DNA of 41,963 nucleotides from a virus (IMGVR_UViG_2548876958_000014), one strand, 5' to 3'; positions 28,016 to 38,405 are shown, counted from the first letter of the stretch. The notes: generated by a model not told the origin, from the sequence alone. Translations and numbers: made by a program.

Positions 28016-28910
28016 CCTTTCGCAGTTGCCTGCGCCGCAGATTGTCGATGTGCCGGACTTTGAGACGTTGCTTGCCGAACGCAAGGCCGAATTTGTTGCG
28101 CTTCATCCGAAAGATGAGCAGGAAGCCGTGATCCGCACGCTGGAACTGGAATCTGAACCCGTCACCAAATTGCTGCAGGAGAACGCTTACCGTGAGTTGC
28201 TTCTGCGCCAGCGCATTAACGAAGCCGCGCAGGCGGTGATGGTGGCTTACGCGATGGGCGGCGATCTTGACCAGCTCGCTGCCAACTACAACGTGAAACG
28301 CCTGACGGTGACGCCTGCTGATAATGACGCTGTGCCACCCGTTGCGGCTGTGATGGAAAGCGATGAAGCGTTACGCCTGCGTGTGCCCGCAGCCTTTGAA
28401 GGGCTTTCTGTTGCGGGGCCAACTGCCGCTTATGAATTTCATGCCCGAAGTGCCGACGGTCGGGTGGCGGATGCCAGTGCAACCAGTCCGGCACCTGCAG
28501 AGGTGGTACTGACTGTCCTGAGCCGTGAAGGCGACGGAACAGCAGAAAAAGATTTGCTGGATGTGGTGGAGAAAGCCCTGAACAGTGAGAATGTCCGCCC
28601 GGTGGCTGACCGTCTGACGGTTCGCAGCGCAGAAATCATCCCGTACCGTGTGGAAGCCACCATTTTTCTTTATCCGGGACCGGAAGCAGAGCCGGTAATG
28701 GCAGCGGCAAAAGTCAGCCTGCAGAGGTACATCGCCAGTCAGACGCGGCTCGGTCGGGATATTCGCCGTAGTGCTATTTTTGCCGCGCTGCATGTTGAGG
28801 GTGTTCAACGTGTGGAACTGGCTTCTCCGCTGGCGGATGTGGTTCTGAACAAAACGCAGGCGGCATCATGTACGCAGTGGAGCGTGACCAACGGAGGAAC
28901 GGATGAATAG
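28002..28910 (+). CDS. J: Baseplate protein gpJ
   Basis: ATG 28002 (MAVIDLSQLPAP) with AGGAG RBS; 302 aa, the length of P2 J. Confidence 0.8.
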   Translation: MAVIDLSQLPAPQIVDVPDFETLLAERKAEFVALHPKDEQEAVIRTLELESEPVTKLLQENAYRELLLRQRINEAAQAVMVAYAMGGDLDQLAANYNVKRLTVTPADNDAVPPVAAVMESDEALRLRVPAAFEGLSVAGPTAAYEFHARSADGRVADASATSPAPAEVVLTVLSREGDGTAEKDLLDVVEKALNSENVRPVADRLTVRSAEIIPYRVEATIFLYPGPEAEPVMAAAKVSLQRYIASQTRLGRDIRRSAIFAALHVEGVQRVELASPLADVVLNKTQAASCTQWSVTNGGTDE

Positions 28911-29508
28911 TCTGCTGCCACCGGGTTCAACTTCACTGGAGCGCCGACTGGCGCAGACCTGTAGCGGGATTTCTGATCTGCAGGTGCCGCTGCGTGACTT
29001 GTGGAATCCGGCAACCTGTCCGATCAGTTTCCTGCCTTATCTCGCCTGGGCGTTCTCTGTGGATCGCTGGGACGAGGGCTGGACAGAAAGCGTCAAGCGC
29101 CAGGTGGTGAAGGATGCTTTTTATATTCATCAGCATAAAGGGACCACCAGTGCCGTGCGGCGGGTGGTGGAGCCGTTCGGCTTTCTGATCCGCATTATTG
29201 AGTGGTGGCAGACCGGAGAGGCACCGGGCACGTTTCGTCTGGATATCGGCGTGCAGGACCAGGGCATCACTGAAGATACCTATCTGGAACTTGAGCGACT
29301 GATAAGCGATGCCAAACCATGTAGCCGTCACATGATCGGCATGTCCATCAACCTGCAGACCAGCGGCCCGCATTGGGTGGGAGCCGCCAGCTATCTTGGC
29401 GAAGAAATCACGATCTATCCGTATATCAACGAAACAATTATTTCCGGCGGCACCGCGCATGAAGGCGGGGCGGTCCATGTTATTGACACAATGAGAGTGA
29501 ATCCATGA
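28903..29508 (+). CDS. I: Baseplate/tail protein gpI
   Basis: 201 aa; overlaps J stop and H start. Confidence 0.75.
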   Translation: MNSLLPPGSTSLERRLAQTCSGISDLQVPLRDLWNPATCPISFLPYLAWAFSVDRWDEGWTESVKRQVVKDAFYIHQHKGTTSAVRRVVEPFGFLIRIIEWWQTGEAPGTFRLDIGVQDQGITEDTYLELERLISDAKPCSRHMIGMSINLQTSGPHWVGAASYLGEEITIYPYINETIISGGTAHEGGAVHVIDTMRVNP

Positions 29509-31019
29509 GCACAAAATTTTATACCCTGCTGACGGATATTGGCGCGGCGAAACTTGCCAGCGCCGCCGCGCTCGGTGTGCCGCTAAAAATTACCCATATG
29601 GCGGTCGGCGATGGTGGCGGAGTATTGCCAACGCCAGACGCAAAGCAGACTGCACTGGTAAATGAGAAACGCCGGGCTGCGCTGAATATGCTCTATATCG
29701 ACCCGCAGAACAGCAGCCAGATTATTGCCGAACAGGTGATCCCTGAAAACGAGGGCGGTTGGTGGATTCGTGAAGTGGGCCTGTTTGATGAGTCCGGGGC
29801 ATTGATTGCCGTGGGCAACTGCCCGGAAAGCTATAAGCCGCAACTGGCTGAAGGCAGCGGGCGCACTCAGACCGTGCGCATGGTGCTGATTACCAGCAGC
29901 ACGGACAATATCACCCTGAAAATCGACCCTGCTGTAGTGCTGGCAACCCGCAAGTATGTGGATGACAAGGCACTGGAGCTGAAGGTGTACGCGGATGATC
30001 AGATGGCAAAACATCTTGCCGCACCGGACCCGCATTCACAGTATGCACCCAAAGAAAGTCCGACGTTTACCGGAACCCCCAAAGCGCCAACGCCAGCAGC
30101 AGGGAATAACACCACGCAGATTGCGACCACCGCGTTTGTTCAGGCGGCTCTGACGGCTCTTATTAATGGTGCGCCAGCCACGCTGGACACGCTGAAAGAA
30201 ATAGCCGCAGCCATTAACAATGATCCGAAATTCAGTACCACCATTAACAATGCACTGGCACTGAAAGCGCCGCTATCGAGTCCGGCACTCACCGGAACGC
30301 CAACAGCCCCCACGGCGGCGCAGTCGGTCAACAATACACAGATTGCCACTACGGCTTTTGTGAAATCGGCGATTGCGGCAATGGTGGGTTCTGCACCTGC
30401 GGCACTGGATACACTGAACGAACTGGCAGCGGCGCTGGGGAATGATCCGAACTTTGCCACGACAATGCTGAATGCGCTGGCAGGTAAACAACCGCTGGAC
30501 AATACGCTGACTAATTTGAGTGGAAAGGATGTAGCTGGTCTTCTCACATACCTTGGTTTGGGAGAAGGCTCTGCATTACCTGTTGGTGTGCCTGTTCCGT
30601 GGCCTTCAGTCACACCGCCAACAGGCTGGCTGAAATGCAACGGTGCGGCTTTTTCTGCTGAAGAATACCCGGAACTGGCAAAGGCTTACCCGACAAATAA
30701 ATTGCCTGATTTACGTGGTGAGTTTATGCGTGGCTGGGATGATGGAAGAGGCATTGATAGTGGTAGGGGGATTCTCACTGCGCAATCTCATGGTATGCCG
30801 TCTATTTCAGGAGTGTTTAATGGTCTTTTTGCTGTTAAACAAACAAATGGTTTAGGTGGTGTTTCTGTAGCAAAAAGTACAAATGCTGAAACTTTATCTA
30901 CTTCATCTGGATCGGGTTCCGTGTTTGATTACACGTTTAATGTCAGCGGTTCGACTCCGGTATCACCAGAACTTCGTCCGCGTAATATTGCATTTAACTA
31001 TATCGTGAGGGCCGCATAA
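29505..31019 (+). CDS. H: Tail fibre protein gpH (constant N-terminus, invertible C-terminus)
   Basis: 504 aa; internal ~70-aa tandem repeats (TGTP...NNTQIATTAFV...LDTL...NDP.F); inversion crossover site at codons ~346-354. Confidence 0.8.
   Translation: MSTKFYTLLTDIGAAKLASAAALGVPLKITHMAVGDGGGVLPTPDAKQTALVNEKRRAALNMLYIDPQNSSQIIAEQVIPENEGGWWIREVGLFDESGALIAVGNCPESYKPQLAEGSGRTQTVRMVLITSSTDNITLKIDPAVVLATRKYVDDKALELKVYADDQMAKHLAAPDPHSQYAPKESPTFTGTPKAPTPAAGNNTTQIATTAFVQAALTALINGAPATLDTLKEIAAAINNDPKFSTTINNALALKAPLSSPALTGTPTAPTAAQSVNNTQIATTAFVKSAIAAMVGSAPAALDTLNELAAALGNDPNFATTMLNALAGKQPLDNTLTNLSGKDVAGLLTYLGLGEGSALPVGVPVPWPSVTPPTGWLKCNGAAFSAEEYPELAKAYPTNKLPDLRGEFMRGWDDGRGIDSGRGILTAQSHGMPSISGVFNGLFAVKQTNGLGGVSVAKSTNAETLSTSSGSGSVFDYTFNVSGSTPVSPELRPRNIAFNYIVRAA
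30541..30566. repeat. Left inversion crossover site (hix/gix-like) inside gpH
   Basis: TTCTCACATACCTTGGTTTGGGAGAA; near-perfect inverted repeat of 32357..32382; resembles Hin/Gin sites (TT-TC-AAACC-TGGTTT-GA-AA). Confidence 0.65.
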
Positions 31020-31621
31020 TGGATAACGCTGCATTAAATAGCGAGTTTATTGCTACAAAGGCGGGAAATATTACCGTCTATAACTATGATGGCGAAACAC
31101 GGGAATATATTTCCACATCAAATGAATATATCGCTGTCGGCGTCGGTATCCCGGCAAGTTCCTGTTTAGATGCTCCTGGCTCATATAAAGCTGGTTATGC
31201 AATTTGCCGTTCTGCAGATTTTAACTCATGGGAATATGTGCCAGACCATCGCGGTGAAACGGTCTATAGCACTGAAACAGGAGAATCAAAAGAAATCACA
31301 GCTCCGGGTGATTACCCTAAAAATACAACCACTATCGCCCCATTAACGCCATACGATAAATGGGATGGTGAGAAATGGGTGACGGATACCGAGGCACAGC
31401 ATAGCGCCGCAGTAGATGCAGCAGAAGCACAGCGCCAGTCGCTGATTGATACTGCAATGGCTTCCATCAGTCTGATTCAACTGAAATTGCAGGCCGGACG
31501 TAAACTGACGCAGGCAGAAACAACCCGGCTTAACGCTGTGCTGGATTACATTGACGCGGTGACGGCAACAGATACCAGCACCGCGCCGGATGTCATCTGG
31601 CCTGAACTGCCGGAGGCGTAG
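31019..31621 (+). CDS. G: Tail fibre assembly protein (gpG/Tfa), active orientation
   Basis: 200 aa; C-terminal DVIWPELPEA typical of Tfa proteins; follows H. Confidence 0.7.
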   Translation: MDNAALNSEFIATKAGNITVYNYDGETREYISTSNEYIAVGVGIPASSCLDAPGSYKAGYAICRSADFNSWEYVPDHRGETVYSTETGESKEITAPGDYPKNTTTIAPLTPYDKWDGEKWVTDTEAQHSAAVDAAEAQRQSLIDTAMASISLIQLKLQAGRKLTQAETTRLNAVLDYIDAVTATDTSTAPDVIWPELPEA

Positions 31622-32036
31622 GCCATTCAATATCTGGCGCACCGGAAGTATCGACCAGTTCCAGTGCGTCCAGATAATCCAGCCACAAATTATATTGCGC
31701 CAGTTCCTCACCTTTCAGACGACCAATTGATGCTTTACCTGGCCATTGTTTACTGTTGATGTATTCGTTGGCCTGATTAATCAATTGCTGCTTTTTAGTT
31801 TCGGCTGATGCAATTTGCTCTTCACGTGTTGGTGGAGGAATATCTGCCCATGCAGGCAGTCCATCTTCTCCGACACATCTGTATTTTCCTTCTGGTGGTG
31901 TGTCATAGAAATATTCCCTGAAAATTACTTCGTCTATATCAACACCTTTTTCTTCAGGCCATTCACCTTTTTCAACATAAAGAGACTGAAGTTCGTAAGG
32001 ATATGCCAGGTTGTTTACGTACAGATATTTCATCAT
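31593..32036 (-). CDS. Alternative tail fibre assembly protein (Tfa'), inverted orientation
   Basis: 147 aa on opposite strand; C-terminus DIEWPTPP parallels gpG; inside invertible segment. Confidence 0.65.
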   Translation of the reverse strand: MMKYLYVNNLAYPYELQSLYVEKGEWPEEKGVDIDEVIFREYFYDTPPEGKYRCVGEDGLPAWADIPPPTREEQIASAETKKQQLINQANEYINSKQWPGKASIGRLKGEELAQYNLWLDYLDALELVDTSGAPDIEWPTPPAVQAR

Positions 32037-32410
32037 TACCAGCCCTTAGCGAAAAACGCACCACCTTCAAGACCATAATTGCAGTGAGCTATGAAGCCGG
32101 TAGTGCTCCAGTTGGTCGCCCCCCACATATTCCCGCCCCCGAAACCACCATCGCACACAATTACAATGCCCGGTGTCTGTGTAAATGGAATCGGGAATGA
32201 AACATTGGCGGATACAGGCCCGTGTTCACCAGGAAAACTAATTCGTCCCCACTGTTCAATTGAACCATCTGGCATTTTTCGCCAGCCTGAACCTGATGCA
32301 TATGATGACATATCAGGTATCTGATTTTCCCCTGTTCCCACATTCCGTTTTGCCGCTTCTCCCAAACCAACGTTTATGAAAATGCAGAGATAACGGCTAA
32401 CTGGCATCAT
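32036..32410 (-). CDS. Alternative tail fibre C-terminal cassette (promoterless; expressed only after inversion)
   Basis: 124-aa ORF whose N-terminal part (VGLGEAA) spans the right crossover site, mirroring LGLGEG in gpH. Confidence 0.6.
   Translation of the reverse strand: MMPVSRYLCIFINVGLGEAAKRNVGTGENQIPDMSSYASGSGWRKMPDGSIEQWGRISFPGEHGPVSANVSFPIPFTQTPGIVIVCDGGFGGGNMWGATNWSTTGFIAHCNYGLEGGAFFAKGW
32357..32382. repeat. Right inversion crossover site
   Basis: TTCTCCCAAACCAACGTTTATGAAAA; reverse complement matches 30541..30566 at ~21 of 26 positions; 50 bp upstream of invertase gene. Confidence 0.65.
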
Positions 32411-32431
32411 CCCCGGTTTTTATTCAGGGGA

Positions 32432-33004
32432 TTGATCATGCTTATTGGCTATGTACGCGTGTCAACAAATGACCAGAACACCGATTTGCAACGTAATGCA
32501 CTGAACTGCGCGGGATGTGAGCGGATTTTTGAGGACAAAATCAGTGGCACTAAGTCCGACAGACCGGGACTGAAAAAACTGCTCAGGACATTATCGGCAG
32601 GTGACACTCTGGTTGTCTGGAAGCTGGACAGGTTGGGGCGCAGTATGCGGCATCTCGTTACGCTGATAGAAGAGCTGCGCCAGCGTGGCGTGAATTTCCG
32701 AAGCCTGACTGACAGTATTGATACCAGTACCCCAATGGGCCGTTTCTTTTTTCATGTCATGGGGGCCCTGGCTGAAATGGAGCGCGAACTGATAGTTGAA
32801 CGTACCAGGGCGGGGCTTGCTGCAGCTCGCGCCAAAGGCAGAGTAGGTGGACGCCGTCCTAAGTTGACCACCGAACAGTGGGCACAGATTGGACGTTTAC
32901 TCGAGGCCGGAGAATCAAGACAGCGTATTGCACTGATTTTTGATGTAGGTGTTTCCACAATTTATAGAAAATTTCCGGCGAATGAGAGCAATGAATCGCC
33001 CTGA
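32432..33004 (+). CDS. Serine recombinase DNA invertase (Hin/Gin/Pin/Cin family)
   Basis: 190 aa; N-terminus MLIGYVRVSTNDQ with catalytic Ser; C-terminal HTH; close resemblance to Hin/Gin. Confidence 0.9.
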   Translation: MIMLIGYVRVSTNDQNTDLQRNALNCAGCERIFEDKISGTKSDRPGLKKLLRTLSAGDTLVVWKLDRLGRSMRHLVTLIEELRQRGVNFRSLTDSIDTSTPMGRFFFHVMGALAEMERELIVERTRAGLAAARAKGRVGGRRPKLTTEQWAQIGRLLEAGESRQRIALIFDVGVSTIYRKFPANESNESP

Positions 33005-33146
33005 ATCAGCATTATTTTGATTTTTCCTGCAAGCGGACAAATACCGTTATTTTGTGTGAATAACGGTACAACTGCGCTTAGCTGTTTGTCAGGCACAATC
33101 ACTTCAACATAGGGCGAAGCCTAATCCAATCAGGAGGTTCGCCACT

Positions 33147-34319
33147 ATGGCTCAGGATTACCACCACGGGGTGCGCGTTGTTGAAGTCAACGAAGGCACC
33201 CGATCCATTACCACGGTGAGCACCGCCATCGTGGGTATGGTCTGCACGGGCGATGATGCCGATGCAAAAATGTTTCCTCTTAATAAACCCGTGCTGATCA
33301 CTGATGTGCTGACTGCCAGCGGTAAAGCGGGTGAGTCCGGCACGCTGGCACGTTCGCTGGATGCCATCGCTGACCAGGCAAAACCCGTGACCGTTGTTGT
33401 GCGTGTGCCGCAGGGTGAAACGGAAGAAGAAACCACGACCAATATCATCGGCGCAGTGACTGCTGAAGGTAAAAAAACAGGCATGAAAGCCCTGTTATCT
33501 GCCCAGACACAGCTCGGCGTTAAACCGCGCATTCTCGGCGTGCCAGGTCACGATAACAAAGCCGTTGCTACTGAGTTGCTGAGTGTGGCGCAAAGCCTGC
33601 GTGGGTTTGCTTACCTGTCAGCGTATGGCTGCAAGACGGTGCAGGAGGCGATCACTTACCGTGAAAACTTCAGCCAGCGCGAAGGAATGCTGATCTGGCC
33701 CGACTTTACTGGCTGGGACACGGTGCTGAATGCCGAAGCAACGGCATATGCCACCGCCCGTGCGCTTGGTCTGCGTGCCAAAATTGATGAGCAGACCGGA
33801 TGGCACAAAAGCCTGTCCAACGTGGGCGTGAACGGTGTCACCGGAATTTCTGCAGATGTGTTCTGGGATCTGCAGGACCCGGCAACCGATGCAGGTCTGC
33901 TGAACCAGAACGACGTCACCACGCTTGTGCGTAAAGACGGTTTCCGCTTCTGGGGTTCCCGCTGCCTGAGTGATGACCCGCTCTTTGCCTTCGAAAACTA
34001 CACCCGCACGGCGCAGGTGCTGACGGACACAATGGCAGAAGCGCACATGTGGGCAGTGGACAAACCGCTGAACCCGTCGCTGGCCCGCGACATTATCGAA
34101 GGTATCCGCGCCAAAATGCGCAGCCTGGTCAGTCAGGGGTATCTCATTGGTGGTGATTGCTGGCTGGATGAGTCGGTGAACGATAAAGACACGCTGAAAG
34201 CCGGGAAGCTCACCATTGACTACGACTACACGCCAGTGCCGCCACTTGAAAACCTGATGCTGCGTCAGCGCATCACCGATCAGTACCTGGTGAATTTTGC
34301 CAGCCAGGGCAGCGCGTAA
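33147..34319 (+). CDS. FI: Tail sheath protein gpFI
   Basis: 390 aa; position and length as P2 FI. Confidence 0.85.
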   Translation: MAQDYHHGVRVVEVNEGTRSITTVSTAIVGMVCTGDDADAKMFPLNKPVLITDVLTASGKAGESGTLARSLDAIADQAKPVTVVVRVPQGETEEETTTNIIGAVTAEGKKTGMKALLSAQTQLGVKPRILGVPGHDNKAVATELLSVAQSLRGFAYLSAYGCKTVQEAITYRENFSQREGMLIWPDFTGWDTVLNAEATAYATARALGLRAKIDEQTGWHKSLSNVGVNGVTGISADVFWDLQDPATDAGLLNQNDVTTLVRKDGFRFWGSRCLSDDPLFAFENYTRTAQVLTDTMAEAHMWAVDKPLNPSLARDIIEGIRAKMRSLVSQGYLIGGDCWLDESVNDKDTLKAGKLTIDYDYTPVPPLENLMLRQRITDQYLVNFASQGSA

Positions 34320-34328
34320 GGGGACAAC

Positions 34329-34844
34329 ATGGCTTTACCACGCAAATTAAAACATCTGAACCTGTTTAACGACGGGAACAACTGGCAGGGGATCGTTGAG
34401 TCGCTGACACTGCCGAAATTCACCCGCAAATATGAGAAGTATCGCGGCGGCGGAATGCCGGGTGCAGTGGATGTGGATCTGGGACTTGATGACAGTGCTC
34501 TGGACACAGAATTTTCCATTGGTGGTACTGAACTGCTGCTGTTTAAGCAGATGGGCAAAGCCACTGTGGATGGCATCCAGTTGCGCTTTACCGGCTCTAT
34601 CCAGCGTGACGATACCGGAGAAGTGCAGGCCGTAGAGCTTGTAGTGCGTGGGCGTCACAAAGAAGTGGATTCCGGTGAGTGGAAGACGGGCGAAAGCAAC
34701 ACCACCAAAGTGACCAGCACTAACAGCTACGCGAAGCTGACAATCAATGGTGAGGTGCTCTATGAAGTGGACCTCATCAACATGGTGGAAATCGTGGACG
34801 GTGTGGACCTGATGGAAGCACACCGTAACGCCCTCGGCCTCTGA
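34329..34844 (+). CDS. FII: Tail tube protein gpFII
   Basis: 171 aa immediately after sheath. Confidence 0.85.
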   Translation: MALPRKLKHLNLFNDGNNWQGIVESLTLPKFTRKYEKYRGGGMPGAVDVDLGLDDSALDTEFSIGGTELLLFKQMGKATVDGIQLRFTGSIQRDDTGEVQAVELVVRGRHKEVDSGEWKTGESNTTKVTSTNSYAKLTINGEVLYEVDLINMVEIVDGVDLMEAHRNALGL

Positions 34845-34898
34845 TGTATCTGAACGGCGCGGAATACCGCGCCAGAACCTAATTTACAGGACAGCAAA

Positions 34899-35201
34899 AT
34901 GAGCGATAAGCAGACTGAAAAGACCATTCAACTGGATACCCCTATCAAGCGTGGTAAAACAGAAATCACCGAAATTGTGCTGCGCAAACCGCATTCCGGT
35001 GCGCTGCGCGGTACACGCCTGCAGGCGATTATGGATATGGATGTGAACGCGATGATGACCGTGATCCCCCGCATCTCCAGCCCGGCACTGACTGCACAGG
35101 AAATTGCAGAGATGGACCCGGCAGATCTCACTGCCATGTCGGTTGAGGTTGTCACTTTTTTGTTGAAGAAGTCGGTGCTTGCCGGTTTACCGACAGCCTG
35201 A
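34899..35201 (+). CDS. E: Tail assembly chaperone gpE
   Basis: 100 aa ending shortly after a TTTTTTG slippery heptamer. Confidence 0.75.
   Translation: MSDKQTEKTIQLDTPIKRGKTEITEIVLRKPHSGALRGTRLQAIMDMDVNAMMTVIPRISSPALTAQEIAEMDPADLTAMSVEVVTFLLKKSVLAGLPTA
35156..35162 (+). other. Programmed -1 ribosomal frameshift site producing gpE+E' (extended product ends ~35331)
   Basis: T TTT TTG with TTT/TTG in the E frame; -1 frame reads VEEVGACRFTDSLTVDDLVADIATIFHWPP...RSGANDE and stops at the TGA overlapping the tape-measure ATG (35328). Confidence 0.65.
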
Positions 35202-35327
35202 CGGTTGACGATCTGGTGGCAGATATCGCCACCATTTTTCACTGGCCGCCATCCGTTACTGACGTTATGCCGCTGACCGAAGTGCTGGAATGGCGGTATA
35301 AAGCGATTCAGAGAAGCGGGGCCAACG

Positions 35328-38300
35328 ATGAGTGATAACAACCTGCGTCTGCAGGTCATTCTTAATGCGGTTGACAAGCTCACCCGCCCATTTCGATCTG
35401 CGCAGGCCAGTTCAAGAGAACTGGCTGCTGTTGTCAAAAAATCCCGCGATGCAATAAAGCAGCTTGATCAGGCCGGGAGCAGTCTGGACAGCTTCCGAAA
35501 GCTGCAGGCAGAAAATCAGAAATTAGGCGACAGGCTGAACTATGCCCGCCAGCGTGCAAATTTGCTCAGTCAGGAACTGGGAGCGATGGGGCCGCCTTCG
35601 CAACGTCAGGTTGTTGCTCTGGGCCGTCAACGGCTGGCTGTTCAGCGCCTGGAAGAACGCCAGAAAAAGCTGCAGCAGCAGACGGCGCTTGTGCGTGCTG
35701 AACTGTACCGGGCGGGAATTTCTGCGAAAGACGATGCGGGAGCAACTGCCCGTTTAGCCCGTGAAACATCACGTTATAACCAGGAACTGTCGAAACAGGA
35801 GGCGCGGCTGAAGCGACTGGGGGAAGCTCAGCGCAGGATGAATGCAGCGCGTGCCAGTTATGCCCGTTCGCTGGAGGTGCGCGATCGCATCGCAGGAGCC
35901 GGAGCCACCACCACGGCTGCAGGGCTGGCAATGGGGACGCCAGTGATGGCGGCAGTAAAAAGCTATACCAGCATGGAAGATGCCATGAAAGGTGTGGCAA
36001 AGCAGGTCAATGGTCTGCGTGACGATAATGGCAACCGCACTGCACGTTTTTATGAAATGCAGGATGCCATCAAAGCTGCCAGCGAACAGTTGCCGATGGA
36101 AAACGGTGCGGTGGACTTCGCTGCACTGGTTGAAGGTGGTGCGCGCATGAACGTCGCAAATCCTGACGACAGCTGGGAAGACCAGAAACGTGACCTGCTG
36201 GCCTTCGCCAGTACGGCGGCGAAGGCGGCAACAGCCTTTGAGCTGCCAGCGGATGAACTGTCAGAAAGTCTGGGGAAAATCGCCCAGCTCTACAAAATAC
36301 CTACCCGCAATATTGAACAGCTCGGTGATGCGCTGAACTATCTGGATGATAACGCAATGTCGAAAGGGGCAGACATCATCGATGTGATGCAACGTCTGGG
36401 CGGTGTGGCTGACCGTCTCGATTATCGTAAAGCGGCGGCGCTGGGTTCCACCTTCCTGACTCTGGGTGCTGCGCCGGAGGTTGCAGCCAGTGCAGCAAAC
36501 GCGATGGTGCGTGAATTGTCCATTGCCACCATGCAAAGCAAGAGTTTCTTTGAAGGGATGAATCTGCTGAAACTCAATCCTGAAGTGATTGAAAAGCAGA
36601 TGACGAAGGATGCGATGGGAACTATCCAGCGTGTGCTGGAGAAGGTGAAGGCGCTGCCGCAGGACAAGCGTCTGTCTGCCATGACCATGTTGTTTGGCAA
36701 AGAGTTTGGCGATGACGCGGCGAAACTGGCAAACAACCTGCCGGAACTGCAGCGCCAGCTAAAACTGACAGCGGGCAATGATGCGCTCGGTTCCATGCAG
36801 AAAGAATCCGACATCAACAAAGACTCACTTTCTGCTCAGTGGTTGCTGGTCAAAACCGGAACGCAGAACACCTTCAGTAGCCTGGGCGAAACGCTGCGCC
36901 AGCCGCTGATGGATATTCTGTACACGGTGAAAAGTGTTACGGGAGCGTTGCGTCGCTGGGTGGAAGCTAACCCGGAACTGACGGGCACACTGATGAAAGT
37001 AGCCGCTATTGTGGCTGCGGTTACCGTAGGCCTCGGCACCTTAGCGGTGGCGCTGGCTGCAGTGCTGGGGCCGCTGGCAGTCATCCGTCTGGGATTCTCT
37101 GTGCTGGGTATCAAAACGTTATCTTCCGTTACGGCAGCAGTAACACGAACCAGCAGCGCGTTGTCCTGGTTAGCTGGCGCTCCACTGGCACTGCTGCGAC
37201 GCGGGCTTGCTTCATCGGGCAACGCAGCGGGTTTACTTACTGCGCCGTTGTCGTCTTTGCGCCGCACGGCATCACTGACGGGGAATGTCCTGAAAACTGT
37301 AGCAGTTGTGCCGGTTGCACTGTTGCGGTCTGGATTATCCGGTTTACGTGCTGTTGCTGTGATGTTTATGAATCCACTGGCAGCACTACGCGGTGGACTG
37401 GCTGCCGCAGGCTCGGTGCTGCGAGTACTGGCATCCGGTCCGCTGGCGATGCTGCGCGTTGCCCTGTATGCCATATCTGGTCTGTTAGGTGCTCTGCTCA
37501 GTCCGATAGGTCTTGTGGTTACTGCACTGGCGGGCGTGGCGCTGGTTGTCTGGAAATACTGGCAACCCATCACCGCATTTCTCGCTGGTGTGGTGGAAGG
37601 ATTCAAAGCGGCGGCAGGTCCCATCAGTGCAGCATTCGAACCACTTAAGCCTGTGTTTCAGTGGATTGGCGACAAAGTGCAGGCGTTGTGGGGCTGGTTT
37701 ACTGATCTGCTGACGCCCGTTAAGTCGACCTCTGCCGAACTGCAGAGCGCAGCGGCAATGGGGCGACGATTCGGGGAGGCACTGGCGGAAGGGCTGAATA
37801 TGGTCATGCATCCGCTGGACTCCCTGAAATCCAGCGTTTCCTGGTTGCTGGAAAAACTCGGCATTGTCAGTAAAGAGGCTGCAAAGGCGAAACTGCCGGA
37901 AAGAGTGACGCGTCAGCAACCTGCGACGGTGAATGCAGACGGTAAAGTGATGATGCCATCGGGTGGTTTTCCGTCATGGGGATATGGCTTTGCGGGGATG
38001 TATGACAGCGGCGGCTATATCCCGCGCGGGCAGTTTGGCATCGTCGGTGAAAACGGGCCGGAAATTGTTAACGGCCCGGCAAATGTGACCAGCCGGAGAA
38101 ATACAGCTGCACTGGCTGCCGTTGTTGCCGGAATGATGGGCGTTGCTGCCGCGCCTGCAGAGCTTCCACCGTTGCATCCTTTGGCACTTCCCGCGAAAGG
38201 CGGCGAAGCGATGGTGAGTCGTGCAGCCACTGTGCCGCCCGTTCACCGGATTGAGGCACCGACGCAGATCATCATTCAGACGCAGCCAGGACAAAGTGCG

Positions 38301-38405
38301 CAGGATATTGCGCGGGAGGTAGCACGCCAGCTTGATGAACGTGAACGCAGGCTGAAGGCAAAAGCCAGGAGTAACTACAGCGATCAGGGGGGATACGACG
38401 CATGA
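35328..38405 (+). CDS. T: Tail tape measure protein gpT
   Basis: 1025 aa; N-terminal coiled coil, Ala/Gly/Leu-rich hydrophobic repeats in the middle; position after E/E'. Confidence 0.85.
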   Translation: MSDNNLRLQVILNAVDKLTRPFRSAQASSRELAAVVKKSRDAIKQLDQAGSSLDSFRKLQAENQKLGDRLNYARQRANLLSQELGAMGPPSQRQVVALGRQRLAVQRLEERQKKLQQQTALVRAELYRAGISAKDDAGATARLARETSRYNQELSKQEARLKRLGEAQRRMNAARASYARSLEVRDRIAGAGATTTAAGLAMGTPVMAAVKSYTSMEDAMKGVAKQVNGLRDDNGNRTARFYEMQDAIKAASEQLPMENGAVDFAALVEGGARMNVANPDDSWEDQKRDLLAFASTAAKAATAFELPADELSESLGKIAQLYKIPTRNIEQLGDALNYLDDNAMSKGADIIDVMQRLGGVADRLDYRKAAALGSTFLTLGAAPEVAASAANAMVRELSIATMQSKSFFEGMNLLKLNPEVIEKQMTKDAMGTIQRVLEKVKALPQDKRLSAMTMLFGKEFGDDAAKLANNLPELQRQLKLTAGNDALGSMQKESDINKDSLSAQWLLVKTGTQNTFSSLGETLRQPLMDILYTVKSVTGALRRWVEANPELTGTLMKVAAIVAAVTVGLGTLAVALAAVLGPLAVIRLGFSVLGIKTLSSVTAAVTRTSSALSWLAGAPLALLRRGLASSGNAAGLLTAPLSSLRRTASLTGNVLKTVAVVPVALLRSGLSGLRAVAVMFMNPLAALRGGLAAAGSVLRVLASGPLAMLRVALYAISGLLGALLSPIGLVVTALAGVALVVWKYWQPITAFLAGVVEGFKAAAGPISAAFEPLKPVFQWIGDKVQALWGWFTDLLTPVKSTSAELQSAAAMGRRFGEALAEGLNMVMHPLDSLKSSVSWLLEKLGIVSKEAAKAKLPERVTRQQPATVNADGKVMMPSGGFPSWGYGFAGMYDSGGYIPRGQFGIVGENGPEIVNGPANVTSRRNTAALAAVVAGMMGVAAAPAELPPLHPLALPAKGGEAMVSRAATVPPVHRIEAPTQIIIQTQPGQSAQDIAREVARQLDERERRLKAKARSNYSDQGGYDA

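Noticed and set aside
30140-30640. 166-aa ORF antisense within the tail fibre gene
   Set aside because: Overlaps the tandem-repeat region of gpH; no independent start signal; mirror-frame artefact.
36836-37624. 262-aa ORF antisense to the tape measure gene
   Set aside because: Lies entirely within the 1025-aa gpT frame; composition (Ala/Ser/Thr/Pro-rich, low complexity) is what the reverse strand of an Ala/Leu/Gly-rich gene produces.
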